A DNA stretch of 64,000 nt, taken from NCBI GenBank assembly GCA_963737155.1, contig CAVTRN010000002.1:2272001-2336000 (forward strand), in the 5' to 3' direction. Of the stretch, positions 38,438-50,122 are shown one piece after another (position 1 is the first letter of the stretch; the number at the start of each line of letters is the position of its first letter). The translations under genes were made by a program, and so were the position numbers. The DNA comes from Nitrospirota bacterium. Its GTDB lineage: Bacteria; Nitrospirota; UBA9217. The notes beneath the pieces were generated by a model that searched no databases, was not told where the DNA came from, and saw only the letters and a program-made list of their open reading frames with translations.

Positions 38438-40030
38438 CTATACGACCTTGAAGTCCATGATACGGTTCGACTCTGGATGAATCACATGCACCGTACAGGC
38501 AAGGCACGGATCAAAGGAATGGACTACGCGCAGAACCTCAAGCGGTTTCTCGGCGTTCTCCACCGCCGTACCAATAAGAGCATCCTCGATCGGTCCGCGC
38601 ACCCCGTTGTCATCTCTCGGGCTGACATTCCAAGTTGTTGGCACAACACACTGATAGTTCTTGATCCTTTTCCCCTCTACTTCTATCCAGTGGCCTAGAG
38701 CACCGCGCGGGGCCTCCCACAATCCTATTCCCTGTGCCGTATCAGGGATTTCGTAATCAGCGTACACTGCAGTATTCCCGCTCTTGATGTTCTCGATGAG
38801 GGTGAGTCCCCACTGTTGCATGGCATCCGCCACCATCTTGCATTCCAAGGTGCGCCCGGCAATTCTGCCGATTATACCAAAGAGCACTTCCGGATGCCCC
38901 GCGTGTCCGATTTTTGCAAGGGTATCGTCAATGAGTTTTGTGGCCGTGGGCTGCCCGGAGGCATAGGCTACGACCATCCTGGCAAGGGCGCCCACTTCCA
39001 TTGGTTTGCCCTGAAGCCGTGGCGCTTTCCCCCAGCTGTATTTCTTGTCGGAATCGTAACCAGTGAACACAGGAGCCGTCTCACCCATAGCGGGATTAAG
39101 CGGTTTTGAATCCTTATACCAGCTGTGCGCCGTAGACTCCGTGACGTCTTCCGGCTTCGCATCATGGACTTTGGGGAAATCGTCAGCGAAGATCGCTCCC
39201 CTAGGCAGCATCCGCTTTTTGGGGTCGAAGGACGCATCCTCGAACACGCCCCATGAAAGGAAATTGGCATATCCTTTGCCCACACCTGCAGCACCTAGAT
39301 AGTATGGCGCAATGGCAAGCAAGTCAGTGATAAATACATTGTCGATCCAGTCCTGAAGCTCTTTCACCCTAAAGAGATAGTTCTTAAGGTCATCGACCGA
39401 CGGGACATGCGTCACACCGCCAGGAGGGCTTGTCATAGTCATCGGCATTCTGCCGCCGAAAAGGGCGCTCACTGAGGCAGCCTTTGCCTGCATCTCAAGA
39501 GCTTCCAGGTAATGAGCCACTGCCAATAGGTTCACATCCGGCGGAAGTTTGTACGCCGGGTGCCCCCAATATCCATTTGCAAATGGTCCAAGCTGTCCAG
39601 ACTCGACAAACGCTTTCAATTTCCCTTGCACCTTCTTAAGAGATGGCTCCTTCGGCTGGGCCTTGAGCGCCGACACCACATCAACATAGTCAAGGGCATT
39701 CAAATGATAGAACCAGAGGATGTGGGAGTGAACAAACTGGGCACCTTCAATTATATTTCTGATGATACGACCATTGTCTGGCGGTCTTACCTTGAATGCA
39801 TCGTCCATGCTCATGGAAGAGGTATGACCGTGTGATGTAGGACATACGCCACAGATGCGCTGGGTAATATGCCACGCGTCACGCGGGTCCCGTCCCTGCA
39901 GGATGATTTCAAAACCGCGGAACAGAGTGCCCGTTGTCCAAGCGTCTTTAACCTTGCCGCCCTCGATCTCCACATCAATTCTAAGGTGGCCCTCAATTCT
40001 CGTCATTGGATCAATGGTTATCCTGGCCAT
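38438..40030 (-). CDS. Group 1 [NiFe]-hydrogenase large subunit
   Basis: L1 ITQRICGVCPTSH, L2 SFDPCLACTVH, cleavable C-terminal tail. Confidence 0.96.
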   Translation of the reverse strand: MARITIDPMTRIEGHLRIDVEIEGGKVKDAWTTGTLFRGFEIILQGRDPRDAWHITQRICGVCPTSHGHTSSMSMDDAFKVRPPDNGRIIRNIIEGAQFVHSHILWFYHLNALDYVDVVSALKAQPKEPSLKKVQGKLKAFVESGQLGPFANGYWGHPAYKLPPDVNLLAVAHYLEALEMQAKAASVSALFGGRMPMTMTSPPGGVTHVPSVDDLKNYLFRVKELQDWIDNVFITDLLAIAPYYLGAAGVGKGYANFLSWGVFEDASFDPKKRMLPRGAIFADDFPKVHDAKPEDVTESTAHSWYKDSKPLNPAMGETAPVFTGYDSDKKYSWGKAPRLQGKPMEVGALARMVVAYASGQPTATKLIDDTLAKIGHAGHPEVLFGIIGRIAGRTLECKMVADAMQQWGLTLIENIKSGNTAVYADYEIPDTAQGIGLWEAPRGALGHWIEVEGKRIKNYQCVVPTTWNVSPRDDNGVRGPIEDALIGTAVENAEKPLEVLRVVHSFDPCLACTVHVIHPESNRIMDFKVV

Positions 40031-41136
40031 TATTTTTTTCCTCCGTCGTCTTTAGTTCTGCCGGAAGCAGCTGTTGCCGCAGCATGAATCGCGATACCGG
40101 CCACCGTGGCTACCGCAGCTACTGCGCCGATCTTGTCAGCGCCGGCCTCCACCCCGCCGAGACCCGGAATTTTCACGCCAGGCAGCGGTTCATAGAATCC
40201 TGCAAACTTGTCCGTCCATTCCCTTTCGGCGCAGCCTATACACGGTCCGCCAGCTTTAATACACCAGCTGGTCCGGTCATTGTATTGAATCTTGGGGCAT
40301 GCCGAATAGGTCATCGGTCCTTTGCAGCCCATCTTATATAAGCAATATCCCAAGGCCTCTTCGTTTGAACCGAATCTCTCAACATATCTGCCTGCGTCAA
40401 AATGGGCCCTGCGTTCGCAATTATCATGGATGGTTTGACCGTAGAACATTTTCGGTCTGCCTAAACCGTCGAGTTCAGGCAATTTCCCGAGAAGCAGGTA
40501 GTTGACCACAACCCCGACGAGGTATTGTGGGTTCACTGGACAAAGATCGAGATTGACCAGTGGCTTACTGATACCAACCCTCTGCATGGCCTCTTGCGTG
40601 CCGATAATCTGGGCAGGATTCGGTTTCGCGGCAGGCACCCCTCCGTAGGTGGCGCAGCTTCCGATGGCAAGAATGGCTACGCAGGGACCGGCCATTTCCT
40701 TAAACACATCGAGCATTTCCTTGTTGCCGATCATGCCAAAGCCTTTGTTCGTCGGGATGCCGCCCTCCACTATAAGGATATAACCGCCGGTTTTTGCGGA
40801 ATTGGCAAGTATTTCTTCCGCTTGTTTACCGGCTGCGGCCATGATCGTTTCATTGTAATCGACACTGAGAATATCAAGTATAACTTGTGCGGGGTCCGGA
40901 TAAGTGGCTTTAATGAAAGCTTCGGTACAACCGGAATCTGATGCGAAGTTGAGCCAGACGACAGGTGTTCGTTTTGTGGCTTTTTCCAAGGCGGCAGCGA
41001 TTTTGGGACCGAATGATTCAGAGAGACCAAGAAGAACAGCAGTTGCACCACAGTACTTTAAAAAATCTCTTCGTTTTATTCCACGAAATTCCAGCGAATC
41101 TAGAAACTGCTTACTTACTTCTTCTTTCTTACTCAT
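40030..41136 (-). CDS. Group 1 [NiFe]-hydrogenase small subunit (Tat-exported, C-terminal TM anchor)
   Basis: RRDFLK; GSCATYGG; IHDNC; CKGP; PCIGC; AGGAGG RBS. Confidence 0.95.
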   Translation of the reverse strand: MSKKEEVSKQFLDSLEFRGIKRRDFLKYCGATAVLLGLSESFGPKIAAALEKATKRTPVVWLNFASDSGCTEAFIKATYPDPAQVILDILSVDYNETIMAAAGKQAEEILANSAKTGGYILIVEGGIPTNKGFGMIGNKEMLDVFKEMAGPCVAILAIGSCATYGGVPAAKPNPAQIIGTQEAMQRVGISKPLVNLDLCPVNPQYLVGVVVNYLLLGKLPELDGLGRPKMFYGQTIHDNCERRAHFDAGRYVERFGSNEEALGYCLYKMGCKGPMTYSACPKIQYNDRTSWCIKAGGPCIGCAEREWTDKFAGFYEPLPGVKIPGLGGVEAGADKIGAVAAVATVAGIAIHAAATAASGRTKDDGGKK

Positions 41137-41569
41137 AAGCGTCCTCCTTAGAATTTGGTTCAAAAAAATATAACTATTTTTTTGTGGATTAGCCGGAGTG
41201 GACAGAAGAAAAAAGTGAACCCGCTCTCAAATTGTTACCGGTAGTTATAACTTAAAGGAAGGTTAGCATAGCCCATTCTATTTGTCAAATTTATATAAAT
41301 ATAAAATAATATTTCTGCCTCAAGGAAATACAGCGTGGCGCCAAATTATTTATGATTGTAAATCGATTTTTTATAAGCTTCCGTTGAATGGCGCAACGAC
41401 ATATTAGCCTTTATTTTTCAATGACTTACAAAGTTCACTTCATTTCGCTAGCAATGACCGCACAAAAAAAGTTATAGAGCTCGTCACAGATAGTTCCGTG
41501 GCAAGAACCATGTTTTTTTTAAAATACTTCATGAACTATATGAAATTATGTTGGAACGGATCGCGACTG

Positions 41570-42398
41570 GGCAATTACGGTCGCATCAATCCTGGGGGGT
41601 GGCGCAGCGAAGGTAAGATCGCAGCATTCGGATGCGCTCATGTTACTTATCATGGCAGATGGTGGTGGTAGCATTGTCTCTTCGGTTGCAGCTTTGCAAA
41701 TTGGGGTTGATTAAGTTTGCGGATGAAATAGGCTCGTCTATTTCCGTAAGTCATTTTCGCCTGGCACCAGTAAATGGAACAAAATTGAAGCTCACTAATT
41801 ATCGTTCATCTCCTCGAATGGGCGCTACGCGGAGCCGCTTCGGATTACGATACTATTGTTAATATGATTTCTCGCACAGCGACTTTTATATCCACAATGG
41901 TCGTGAGGGAATTTAGGGACAACAGAGAAGGCAATGATTGCGAAAACTGCCGGAACCAATAGCTCCGTCCACGGCCGTTCAGCCGCATCGTCAAGATGAT
42001 CACGTACAAGACTCAAAAGCATGCACATTATGAAAATAGCGGATAAAACAAGAGACATACTTGTTGCATGTGCACAATAAGACAAAACCCAGTCGTGCAC
42101 ATACTGGCTCTAAAGTTTGCAAACAATGCGGCGAAGAAATCATTTCCTACGTGAACAGCGCAATCAACATTCTCAAGATGTCTCTCCCAAGCGAATAAGT
42201 GTCTACTGAAGCCGTAACTGCTTGGCGCAGCCTACGAGCAACCGGTTTGTCTTTAGAAAAAACACGCCTGGAATGTCAGCAATAAACCGTGGACTTGGGA
42301 AATATCTCTGCCGCATCTGCAACTAGTATCAACAGTAGCTCTCTGGCTAACTAGACACTTATTCGGGGATACTCGGCTTCTGAACGGCAAAATGTCAT
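41570..42398 (+). mobile_element. tnpB: IS200/IS605 remnant B: highly degenerate tnpB plus right end
   Basis: Colinear with remnant A (VVREFRDNREG, PFSRIVKMITYK, CKQCG..VNSAINILK, and the 3' non-coding tail with atctctgccgcatc); ends in atgTCA. Confidence 0.7.
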
Positions 42399-42727
42399 TT
42401 GAAGTTCTTAAGAATGTACTCTGCTATTTTGTGAGCATCGTGGTCCGACAGGGTCTTCTCGTCAAATTTGGTCATGCCTGGACCGGGGTTTCTCACAATG
42501 TGCATAATGTCGGCAGCGGTCATAACATGGTTCGCCTCGCGATCTTTTTTATGAAGCGTTTTCGCCGGGTTTATAATATTACCGCCATCAGGATGGCAAA
42601 CTTTGCAGTTTGCGGCGAATAACGCTGCACCTGACTGTGCAGCCGCGTTCTCAGCTACAGCATATGCAGCGCTCAAACAGATGACCACCAACGCAACAAA
42701 CCCGAGCAACACATTTTTCTTAACCAT
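42395..42727 (-). CDS. Cytochrome c6-like class I cytochrome
   Basis: GAALFAANCKVCHPDGGNII.PAKTL; distal Met (GMTKF). Confidence 0.9.
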   Translation of the reverse strand: MVKKNVLLGFVALVVICLSAAYAVAENAAAQSGAALFAANCKVCHPDGGNIINPAKTLHKKDREANHVMTAADIMHIVRNPGPGMTKFDEKTLSDHDAHKIAEYILKNFK

Positions 42728-42772
42728 AGATTCTCCTTTTTAATGTAATTTTTTTTTGAAATACTCTCTGCT

Positions 42773-43114
42773 CTACTTTCCCGTTCCGTATTCCGCACTC
42801 AAGTACTCAGTGATAATTTTTGCGTCTTCTTCATTGATCGGCGCACCCATCACCTTGATCATTTTATTCACTTCCGCTGACCACGTAGCCCTCGGCAATG
42901 CCGGCTGCATGGTAATATATTCGAGGCTGTGGCAAATATTGCATAGTGAACTTACCTTGTCCAAGCCAGGTCCAGCCTTCAACTTCATTTCAAAGACCGG
43001 AAGCGTAATGGAGCGAACACTGCTCTTATCCTGATCGATCACACTCTGCCCTTGGGCATTACCCAAGAGCGATGTCAACACGACGATAATGGCTATTAAT
43101 AAGAGATTTTTCAT
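42773..43114 (-). CDS. sorB: Sulfite dehydrogenase cytochrome c subunit (SorB-like)
   Basis: ITLP, GPG, CNICHSLEYITMQP, WSAEVNKM..MGAPI. Confidence 0.85.
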   Translation of the reverse strand: MKNLLLIAIIVVLTSLLGNAQGQSVIDQDKSSVRSITLPVFEMKLKAGPGLDKVSSLCNICHSLEYITMQPALPRATWSAEVNKMIKVMGAPINEEDAKIITEYLSAEYGTGK

Positions 43115-43124
43115 TTTCTGTCTC

Positions 43125-44330
43125 CTATCGCACGTTCACAGTGACTTTTTCGACAACGTTCCTCATGAACCCTGCGGGATTCCAGCGAGCCTCGAATCGC
43201 TGCGATTCGCCATTATTATCCGTAGCTCGAGCCATGAGTGTATACTTCCCCTTTTTCCGGGGATGCCACGGATAACTCCACTGGATCCAGGAATACTTGC
43301 CCATGTCTTTCCCCAGTTTCGTCTCATACCATGTCTTGCCGCTGTCAAATGATAGGAGCACATCCCTGATACCGTATCCTCCGGAAAAAGCGATTCCCTT
43401 CAAATCCACCATAGTGTTCACTTTGAGGGACGCACCCTCTTCCGGCTCGACGATGAACGACCTCGTATCCATACGGTTGATAGGCACTGATTTCGCTACG
43501 TTCCCTCCCGGCACAACGCAGGCGCAGGGGTTGTCAGGAATCCGATATGCCGTCTTAACCCAGAATCCCTCAAATGGCTCGGAAAGGACTGTTATATCGC
43601 TCAGGGCTTTTACCCAATAGGTAGCATACCAGCCAGGCACGATAAGACGGGCAGGGAAGCCGTTCAGCATAAGCAGAGACTCGCCGTTCATTTCGTAGGC
43701 GACCAGGATTTCCGCGTTAAGAGCTTTGTCAATAGAAATGCTTTTTATGAAATCTGGGACGGTAGGCAGGGGCGGTTTATCAAGTCCATTGAAGGACACA
43801 TCAACTGCGCCGGCTTTGATTCCGGCTGCGGCCAGAATGTCTTTGAGCCTGACCCCCGCCCAGGTCACATTTCCCATGGCTCCGTTCTGCCACTGACCAC
43901 CGGCCACAGGCGGTTCGAAATAGCTTCTGCTGTTCCCGGAACATTGAATAACTGCAGTTATCGTTACTTTTTCATATTTTGTTTTAAGATCATCCATAGA
44001 AAGCCGCAGCTCTTTATCCGTATGACCGCCCACCTTAAGTCTCCACTCTTCTAAATCCACAGACATGGGAATATCAGAAATATGCCACCTCACAAAGAGG
44101 GCATCGTTCGGCGTTATCAGCTTCCGGAAATACTGCATCGGTGTTTCCAATTGCGGAGGGCGAGATGTCAGAAGAATCATTTCCGTTTTCTCGGGAAACC
44201 GCACAAGGTTTTTTCTGTCCACGGCGGCCAGAAGTTCACCGGGAATTTCACCAAGCGACGTCATGCCGGCTACAATGCCGGCAGTCTTGAGAAAATCCCT
44301 TCGTGTGAATTTTACTTTTGGGTCTTCCAT
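43125..44330 (-). CDS. sorA: Molybdopterin sulfite:cytochrome c oxidoreductase subunit A (sulfite oxidase family)
   Basis: Tat signal RRDFLK; RPPQLETP, FVRWH, QCSGNSR (Mo-ligating Cys), PGWYATYWVK, C-terminal dimerisation domain. Confidence 0.88.
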   Translation of the reverse strand: MEDPKVKFTRRDFLKTAGIVAGMTSLGEIPGELLAAVDRKNLVRFPEKTEMILLTSRPPQLETPMQYFRKLITPNDALFVRWHISDIPMSVDLEEWRLKVGGHTDKELRLSMDDLKTKYEKVTITAVIQCSGNSRSYFEPPVAGGQWQNGAMGNVTWAGVRLKDILAAAGIKAGAVDVSFNGLDKPPLPTVPDFIKSISIDKALNAEILVAYEMNGESLLMLNGFPARLIVPGWYATYWVKALSDITVLSEPFEGFWVKTAYRIPDNPCACVVPGGNVAKSVPINRMDTRSFIVEPEEGASLKVNTMVDLKGIAFSGGYGIRDVLLSFDSGKTWYETKLGKDMGKYSWIQWSYPWHPRKKGKYTLMARATDNNGESQRFEARWNPAGFMRNVVEKVTVNVR

Positions 44331-44672
44331 GGTGATATCCTCCTTGAAAAAAGATGGAGTGTCTACTTGATGCTAAACGCAAGATCCTCTTAAAGCAGAC
44401 ATTTATACCGCCCGGCGCGCATATCATATCAAGAAGAACCCGGAGAGTAACTCTCAGGGCGGTATGGGAGCAAATAAGGACCCGGAAGAGTGGAAACCGC
44501 ATGCAATTACTTATGATTGATTATAGCTTAAATTTCTAAGATTTCAAGATATCGTCAGATATTGCGACCTTAGAAACATCCCTGCTTATCGGCAAGGCAA
44601 CCCGACGTCAACAACAATAAAAACCGATTAAAAACAACAGAGCCATCAACCGAATAATGTTTACGAAAGAAC

Positions 44673-45539
44673 TCAACGATCATTTTCATCTATGCTCTTT
44701 GACTGGACGACAAGGTAGCCGGAAAAAAGAATCAGCACGCCGCCGGCTAGGGCAGTCAACGCCGGTTTTTCTGAGAGGAGCAGATAGGCCATTGGGATCG
44801 CCGACAGCGGTTCCATGTACCCCAGAATAGCGGCGCGCTGCGCCATCACCTTCCTTAGAGCATTGTAGTAGAGAAGCGGTGCAAGTGTGGAGTGCAACAA
44901 TCCCGTAATCGTCAGGAGGGCCAAGATGCGAAGGTTCAAGTGATACTCAATTAAAAACGCCGCTGGTGCAAGCACAACCGTCGTTAGCCAGGGGAGAACA
45001 ACAACCGCCTTGTGATGCATCAACATCCGGCTTAATTTTCTTGAAAAGAGGATGATGAAGGCGTAAGCCACTCCGGAGGCCGTGCCAGCAATAATACCGG
45101 ACCGATGAGGCCCGCCGGTACTCAGGCCCCCATTGGCAACAACAATCATAATCATCCCGAGCAGTGCGATGGGCAGTGAAAGGATGGTTACTTTTAACAG
45201 ACGTTCGGATATAACAAAGGGAGCGAGCAAAGCTACGAATAGGGGCGCTGTATAGTGAGTGAAAACAGCATTTGCCACTGTGGTATGACCTAATGCGTAA
45301 AAATAGGTGAGGTTATTCGTAATGGAAGAAAGCGCAAGTAAACCCAAGACCCATCGGACTTTTGAAACGCCTTCGAGACTCATTTCTCCCCGAATGGTGA
45401 GATACGCTGGCACTGATAAGCTGGCAATCAGGGACGTGTAAAATAAAACGATAACGGGAGGCAGGGCCAGCCAGCGGATCATCGGGCCCCATGTGCTCCA
45501 GATCAGCATTGCGGCAATGATTTTCAGGTAGTTGTTCAT
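44673..45539 (-). CDS. DMT/EamA-family transporter
   Basis: About 10 TM helices; HYTAPLFV, GYMEPL. Confidence 0.88.
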   Translation of the reverse strand: MNNYLKIIAAMLIWSTWGPMIRWLALPPVIVLFYTSLIASLSVPAYLTIRGEMSLEGVSKVRWVLGLLALSSITNNLTYFYALGHTTVANAVFTHYTAPLFVALLAPFVISERLLKVTILSLPIALLGMIMIVVANGGLSTGGPHRSGIIAGTASGVAYAFIILFSRKLSRMLMHHKAVVVLPWLTTVVLAPAAFLIEYHLNLRILALLTITGLLHSTLAPLLYYNALRKVMAQRAAILGYMEPLSAIPMAYLLLSEKPALTALAGGVLILFSGYLVVQSKSIDENDR

Positions 45540-45671
45540 AAAAAAAGGGGCAAAGGTCATAGGTCATGGCCTAAAAACAAGACACTGGTCCGTGTCCCGC
45601 TTTACGCTTTCTTGACCCCAGCCCCTTAACCCCTGATCTTGCTGTTTATTCCAGTCCTCGTTCTTTCGCTT

Positions 45672-46937
<1,266 letters not shown>

Positions 46938-46962
46938 TTAGGTTGGCATTCGGTCTTCCGTC

Positions 46963-48120
46963 TTAAAGTCCAGCATCCTTCTTGAGGGTAGCAGCCTTGT
47001 CAGTCCGCTCCCAGGTGAACTCAGGCTCGGTTCTACCGAAGTGACCATAAGCCGCAGTTTTCTTGTAAATGGGTCTCCTCAGATCAAGCGTTGACATGAT
47101 CCCCTTGGGCGTCATGTCGAAGTTCTTTCTAATTATCTGGACAAGTTTTTCATAGGAAACCTTGCCGGTCCCGAAATCATCCACATGGATTGATACCGGT
47201 TCGGCGACGCCGATGGCGTAAGCGAGTTGGACTTCACATTCGCCAGCTATGCCTGCCGCCACAATATTCTTGGCAACATAGCGGGCCATATAAGATGCCG
47301 AACGATCAACTTTGGTCGGGTCCTTGCCTGAAAAACAACCGCCGCCGTGGCTTCCTACGCCGCCGTAAGTATCCACAATGATCTTGCGGCCGGTGAGGCC
47401 GGTGTCTCCCATGGGACCACCTGTCACGAACCTGCCTGTAGGATTGATGTGGTAGACGATCGTCTTTTCGTCGAGAAGATTTTTCGGGACCACCGGAAGG
47501 ATCACTTTCTCGACAATATCCCTGCGCAGATCCTTGAGGTCGATTTCGGGGCTGTGCTGGCTGGACACTACGATCGTATGGAGCTTGTAAGGTTTTCCGT
47601 CACGATATTCGATGGTCACCTGGGATTTTCCGTCAGGCCTAAGATAGGGTAAGATCTCTTCCTTTCTCACCTCCGAAAGCCGTCGCGTAATCTTGTGAGC
47701 AAGCATGATGGTCATGGGCATAAGTTCGGGAGTCTCATCACAAGCATACCCGAACATCAAACCCTGGTCCCCGGCGCCACCGGTGTCCACGCCCATGGCA
47801 ATGTCAGGAGACTGCGAGTGGACGGATGTGATAACCGCGCAGGTTTCCGCATCAAAACCATACTTGGCCCGAACGTATCCGATTTCCTTGATAGTCTGGC
47901 GGACGATATCCGGGATTTCGACATACCCCTTGGTTGTGATCTCACCTGCAACCATGGCAAGTCCGGTGGTGAGAAGCGTCTCGCAGGCAACGCGACTCAT
48001 AGGATCCACAGTCAATATCGCGTCAAGAACAGCGTCGGAAATCTGATCGGCTATTTTGTCTGGATGTCCCTCGGTAACCGATTCCGAGGTAAAAAGATAG
48101 TTCTTGGTGCAACTGCTCAT
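46963..48120 (-). CDS. metK: S-adenosylmethionine synthetase
   Basis: [28 protein letters not shown]. Confidence 0.98.
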   Translation of the reverse strand: MSSCTKNYLFTSESVTEGHPDKIADQISDAVLDAILTVDPMSRVACETLLTTGLAMVAGEITTKGYVEIPDIVRQTIKEIGYVRAKYGFDAETCAVITSVHSQSPDIAMGVDTGGAGDQGLMFGYACDETPELMPMTIMLAHKITRRLSEVRKEEILPYLRPDGKSQVTIEYRDGKPYKLHTIVVSSQHSPEIDLKDLRRDIVEKVILPVVPKNLLDEKTIVYHINPTGRFVTGGPMGDTGLTGRKIIVDTYGGVGSHGGGCFSGKDPTKVDRSASYMARYVAKNIVAAGIAGECEVQLAYAIGVAEPVSIHVDDFGTGKVSYEKLVQIIRKNFDMTPKGIMSTLDLRRPIYKKTAAYGHFGRTEPEFTWERTDKAATLKKDAGL

Positions 48121-48559
48121 CTGGTTTCCTCCTCGTTTTTAAGACCGTAAAAATTTGTTTTTTATAGCATAGATGCCGATTTTGTCAAGAGGAAAATATC
48201 ATTTTTACAAGAGATTCTGCGATACTGCATCGAAGCCGTAAGAGCCACAAGCAAGGTTGAAGAATACATTAACCGGGTTAACATTTCAACATGTTTTTTT
48301 GTATGCCGATACCAGTGTACCGATTTAAAGTTTACAGTTCACTGCCCATGAAGTTAATGACGCAGCCAGGACAATAAGGAAAATTGCCCCCGTTTTGATC
48401 GTATGGAGAGTCTGCAAATTGACGGAAATTCAATTTAAAATTTCTCGGTCATCCACCCAGGGATTTTAGAAGTGTAAAACTGATATGGTTGACAGTTGTC
48501 AATAGGGAAAATAGTCTCCTGCCCCTTTTTTTCAAAGGGTTCGTTGTTTCAATATGTTC

Positions 48560-48745
48560 CAAGGCGTAAGGAGGGACGGGGCCGACTTGTGCGACGTTTG
48601 ATCACTCTGATATTCGCGGGTTTGACCGCAAGACCTTTCTTCGCCGCGGAGCTGCCTCGCTCTATTAACGGAAGTTCGGCATTGCCTTATTCCATAGTTT
48701 GGACGAGGATTCTCCGTAAACGTGGCCGCGTCCCCGCTTATGCCT
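48560..48745 (-). ncRNA. Putative bridge RNA / seekRNA of the IS1111 element
   Basis: Two-loop structured region (stem cctcg/cgagg, then gcgg/ccgc) with segments matching the reconstructed target and donor; boundaries approximate. Confidence 0.7.
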
Positions 48746-49009
48746 TGGAGGTTGTTTATTGTTTGCTTGCGTCCTCCTTTGTTTTGCCTCAGTCGTTTGA
48801 GTCGCCATTGTTACCGGGTGACTTCAAGTTTTTGATCCTGTTCTTTGGAAAGCTCGATGCTTCCGCCTATGTTGACGATTTGAGCGGTTTTTACCTTTGA
48901 GGGTTGATTTTTTCTTTCATAAATGCCCCAGGATTGATTTTCCAGAGACAGTCCATGCCAAGATACCCCCTCAAGTTTTGTGTGACGCCTTGTTCTTGGG
49001 TTAATCTTC

Positions 49010-50122
49010 TTATGCGCTCTGGAGATTCACTTCCCGGGCAATTGCCCATATGAAGCCGCATAGTTCCCTGGCAATGGCGGTTACCACCTTGTTCCTGGGC
49101 TTCCCTTTGGCCGTGAGTTTACGGAACCGTCCGCAGAGACGCACCTGGGCTTTCCAGGAGATATCACAGATATTTTTCGGCAGCCCCTCCTGCCGCTTGA
49201 GGATTACCCGGCTCACTCGGGCCGGCAGACTGTAGGCTTGGGCCGCTTCAATCAATGCGCGCCTGACGTGGGTGTTTCCGGTTTTGGTGATAGCACCCCG
49301 TCTGGTGCTGTCGCCGCTGGAGTATTCGGAAGGGACCAATCCAAGGTATCCCATGAGCTGCTTGGGATTTTCAAAACGTCCCAAGTCTCCGATCTCGGCC
49401 ATGGTGGTCGCGGCAGTTACATCCGCGATGCCGCGTAACGATTGGATTGCGAGTGCAACAGGGGCCGTTCGGCATGTGGGCATAAGCGTTTGAATCTGCT
49501 CCGTAAGCCGGGCCACACGCTCTGCGCATTCCTTCACCGTGTTGATGTACTCTTGCAGCGTGATCTGCTGTGCAGGGTGTGGCATCTTGATATCAGACAA
49601 CCAGCGCATGTGGGCTTGGGTCCATGCGGTTTCTCCAGAGTAACGGTGTCCATGCCGCAGGAGCATCGCGCCTAACCTCTGCCGGGCAGTGCGATGGGCC
49701 TTGACTGCGTCTTCGCGGCATCGGGTCAGGTCTCTCATGGCTTCCTCATCCTCTTGGGGCACGTAAACAGGAGTCAGTTCTCCGGCCCGATACAGCCTGG
49801 CTAGACTTTGCGCGTCACGACGATCGGTCTTGACGCGATCTCCGCTTTTCTTGGGAATCAGCGATGGTGCCACAACCGTGCATTTGTAACCTCTCTTGGT
49901 TAGATGGCGGTATATTTCGTAACCACACGGCCCGGCTTCATAGACGAAGTGCAGTTCTGAGCCTTTGCTTTCAAGCTTTCTGACCATTTTGTCCAATGAC
50001 GCCATGTCGCCGCCGATTTTGCCGTAGTAGCGAACCTCTTGGCTGCCGCCAATTTCGGCCGTTGCTACAGCTATGGAGTTTTTTGCTGAATCGAGTCCTA
50101 CGATTGTGATAGAATCTTTCAT
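49010..50122 (-). CDS. IS110-family DEDD recombinase/transposase (370 aa)
   Basis: VGLD, YEAGPCG, KTDRRDA, GLVPSEYSSG (catalytic Ser), AIAREL; AAGGAGG RBS. Confidence 0.95.
   Translation of the reverse strand: MKDSITIVGLDSAKNSIAVATAEIGGSQEVRYYGKIGGDMASLDKMVRKLESKGSELHFVYEAGPCGYEIYRHLTKRGYKCTVVAPSLIPKKSGDRVKTDRRDAQSLARLYRAGELTPVYVPQEDEEAMRDLTRCREDAVKAHRTARQRLGAMLLRHGHRYSGETAWTQAHMRWLSDIKMPHPAQQITLQEYINTVKECAERVARLTEQIQTLMPTCRTAPVALAIQSLRGIADVTAATTMAEIGDLGRFENPKQLMGYLGLVPSEYSSGDSTRRGAITKTGNTHVRRALIEAAQAYSLPARVSRVILKRQEGLPKNICDISWKAQVRLCGRFRKLTAKGKPRNKVVTAIARELCGFIWAIAREVNLQSA

Noticed and set aside
41825-42100. 91-aa hydrophobic membrane protein
   Set aside because: It is the antisense reading of the degenerate tnpB remnant B
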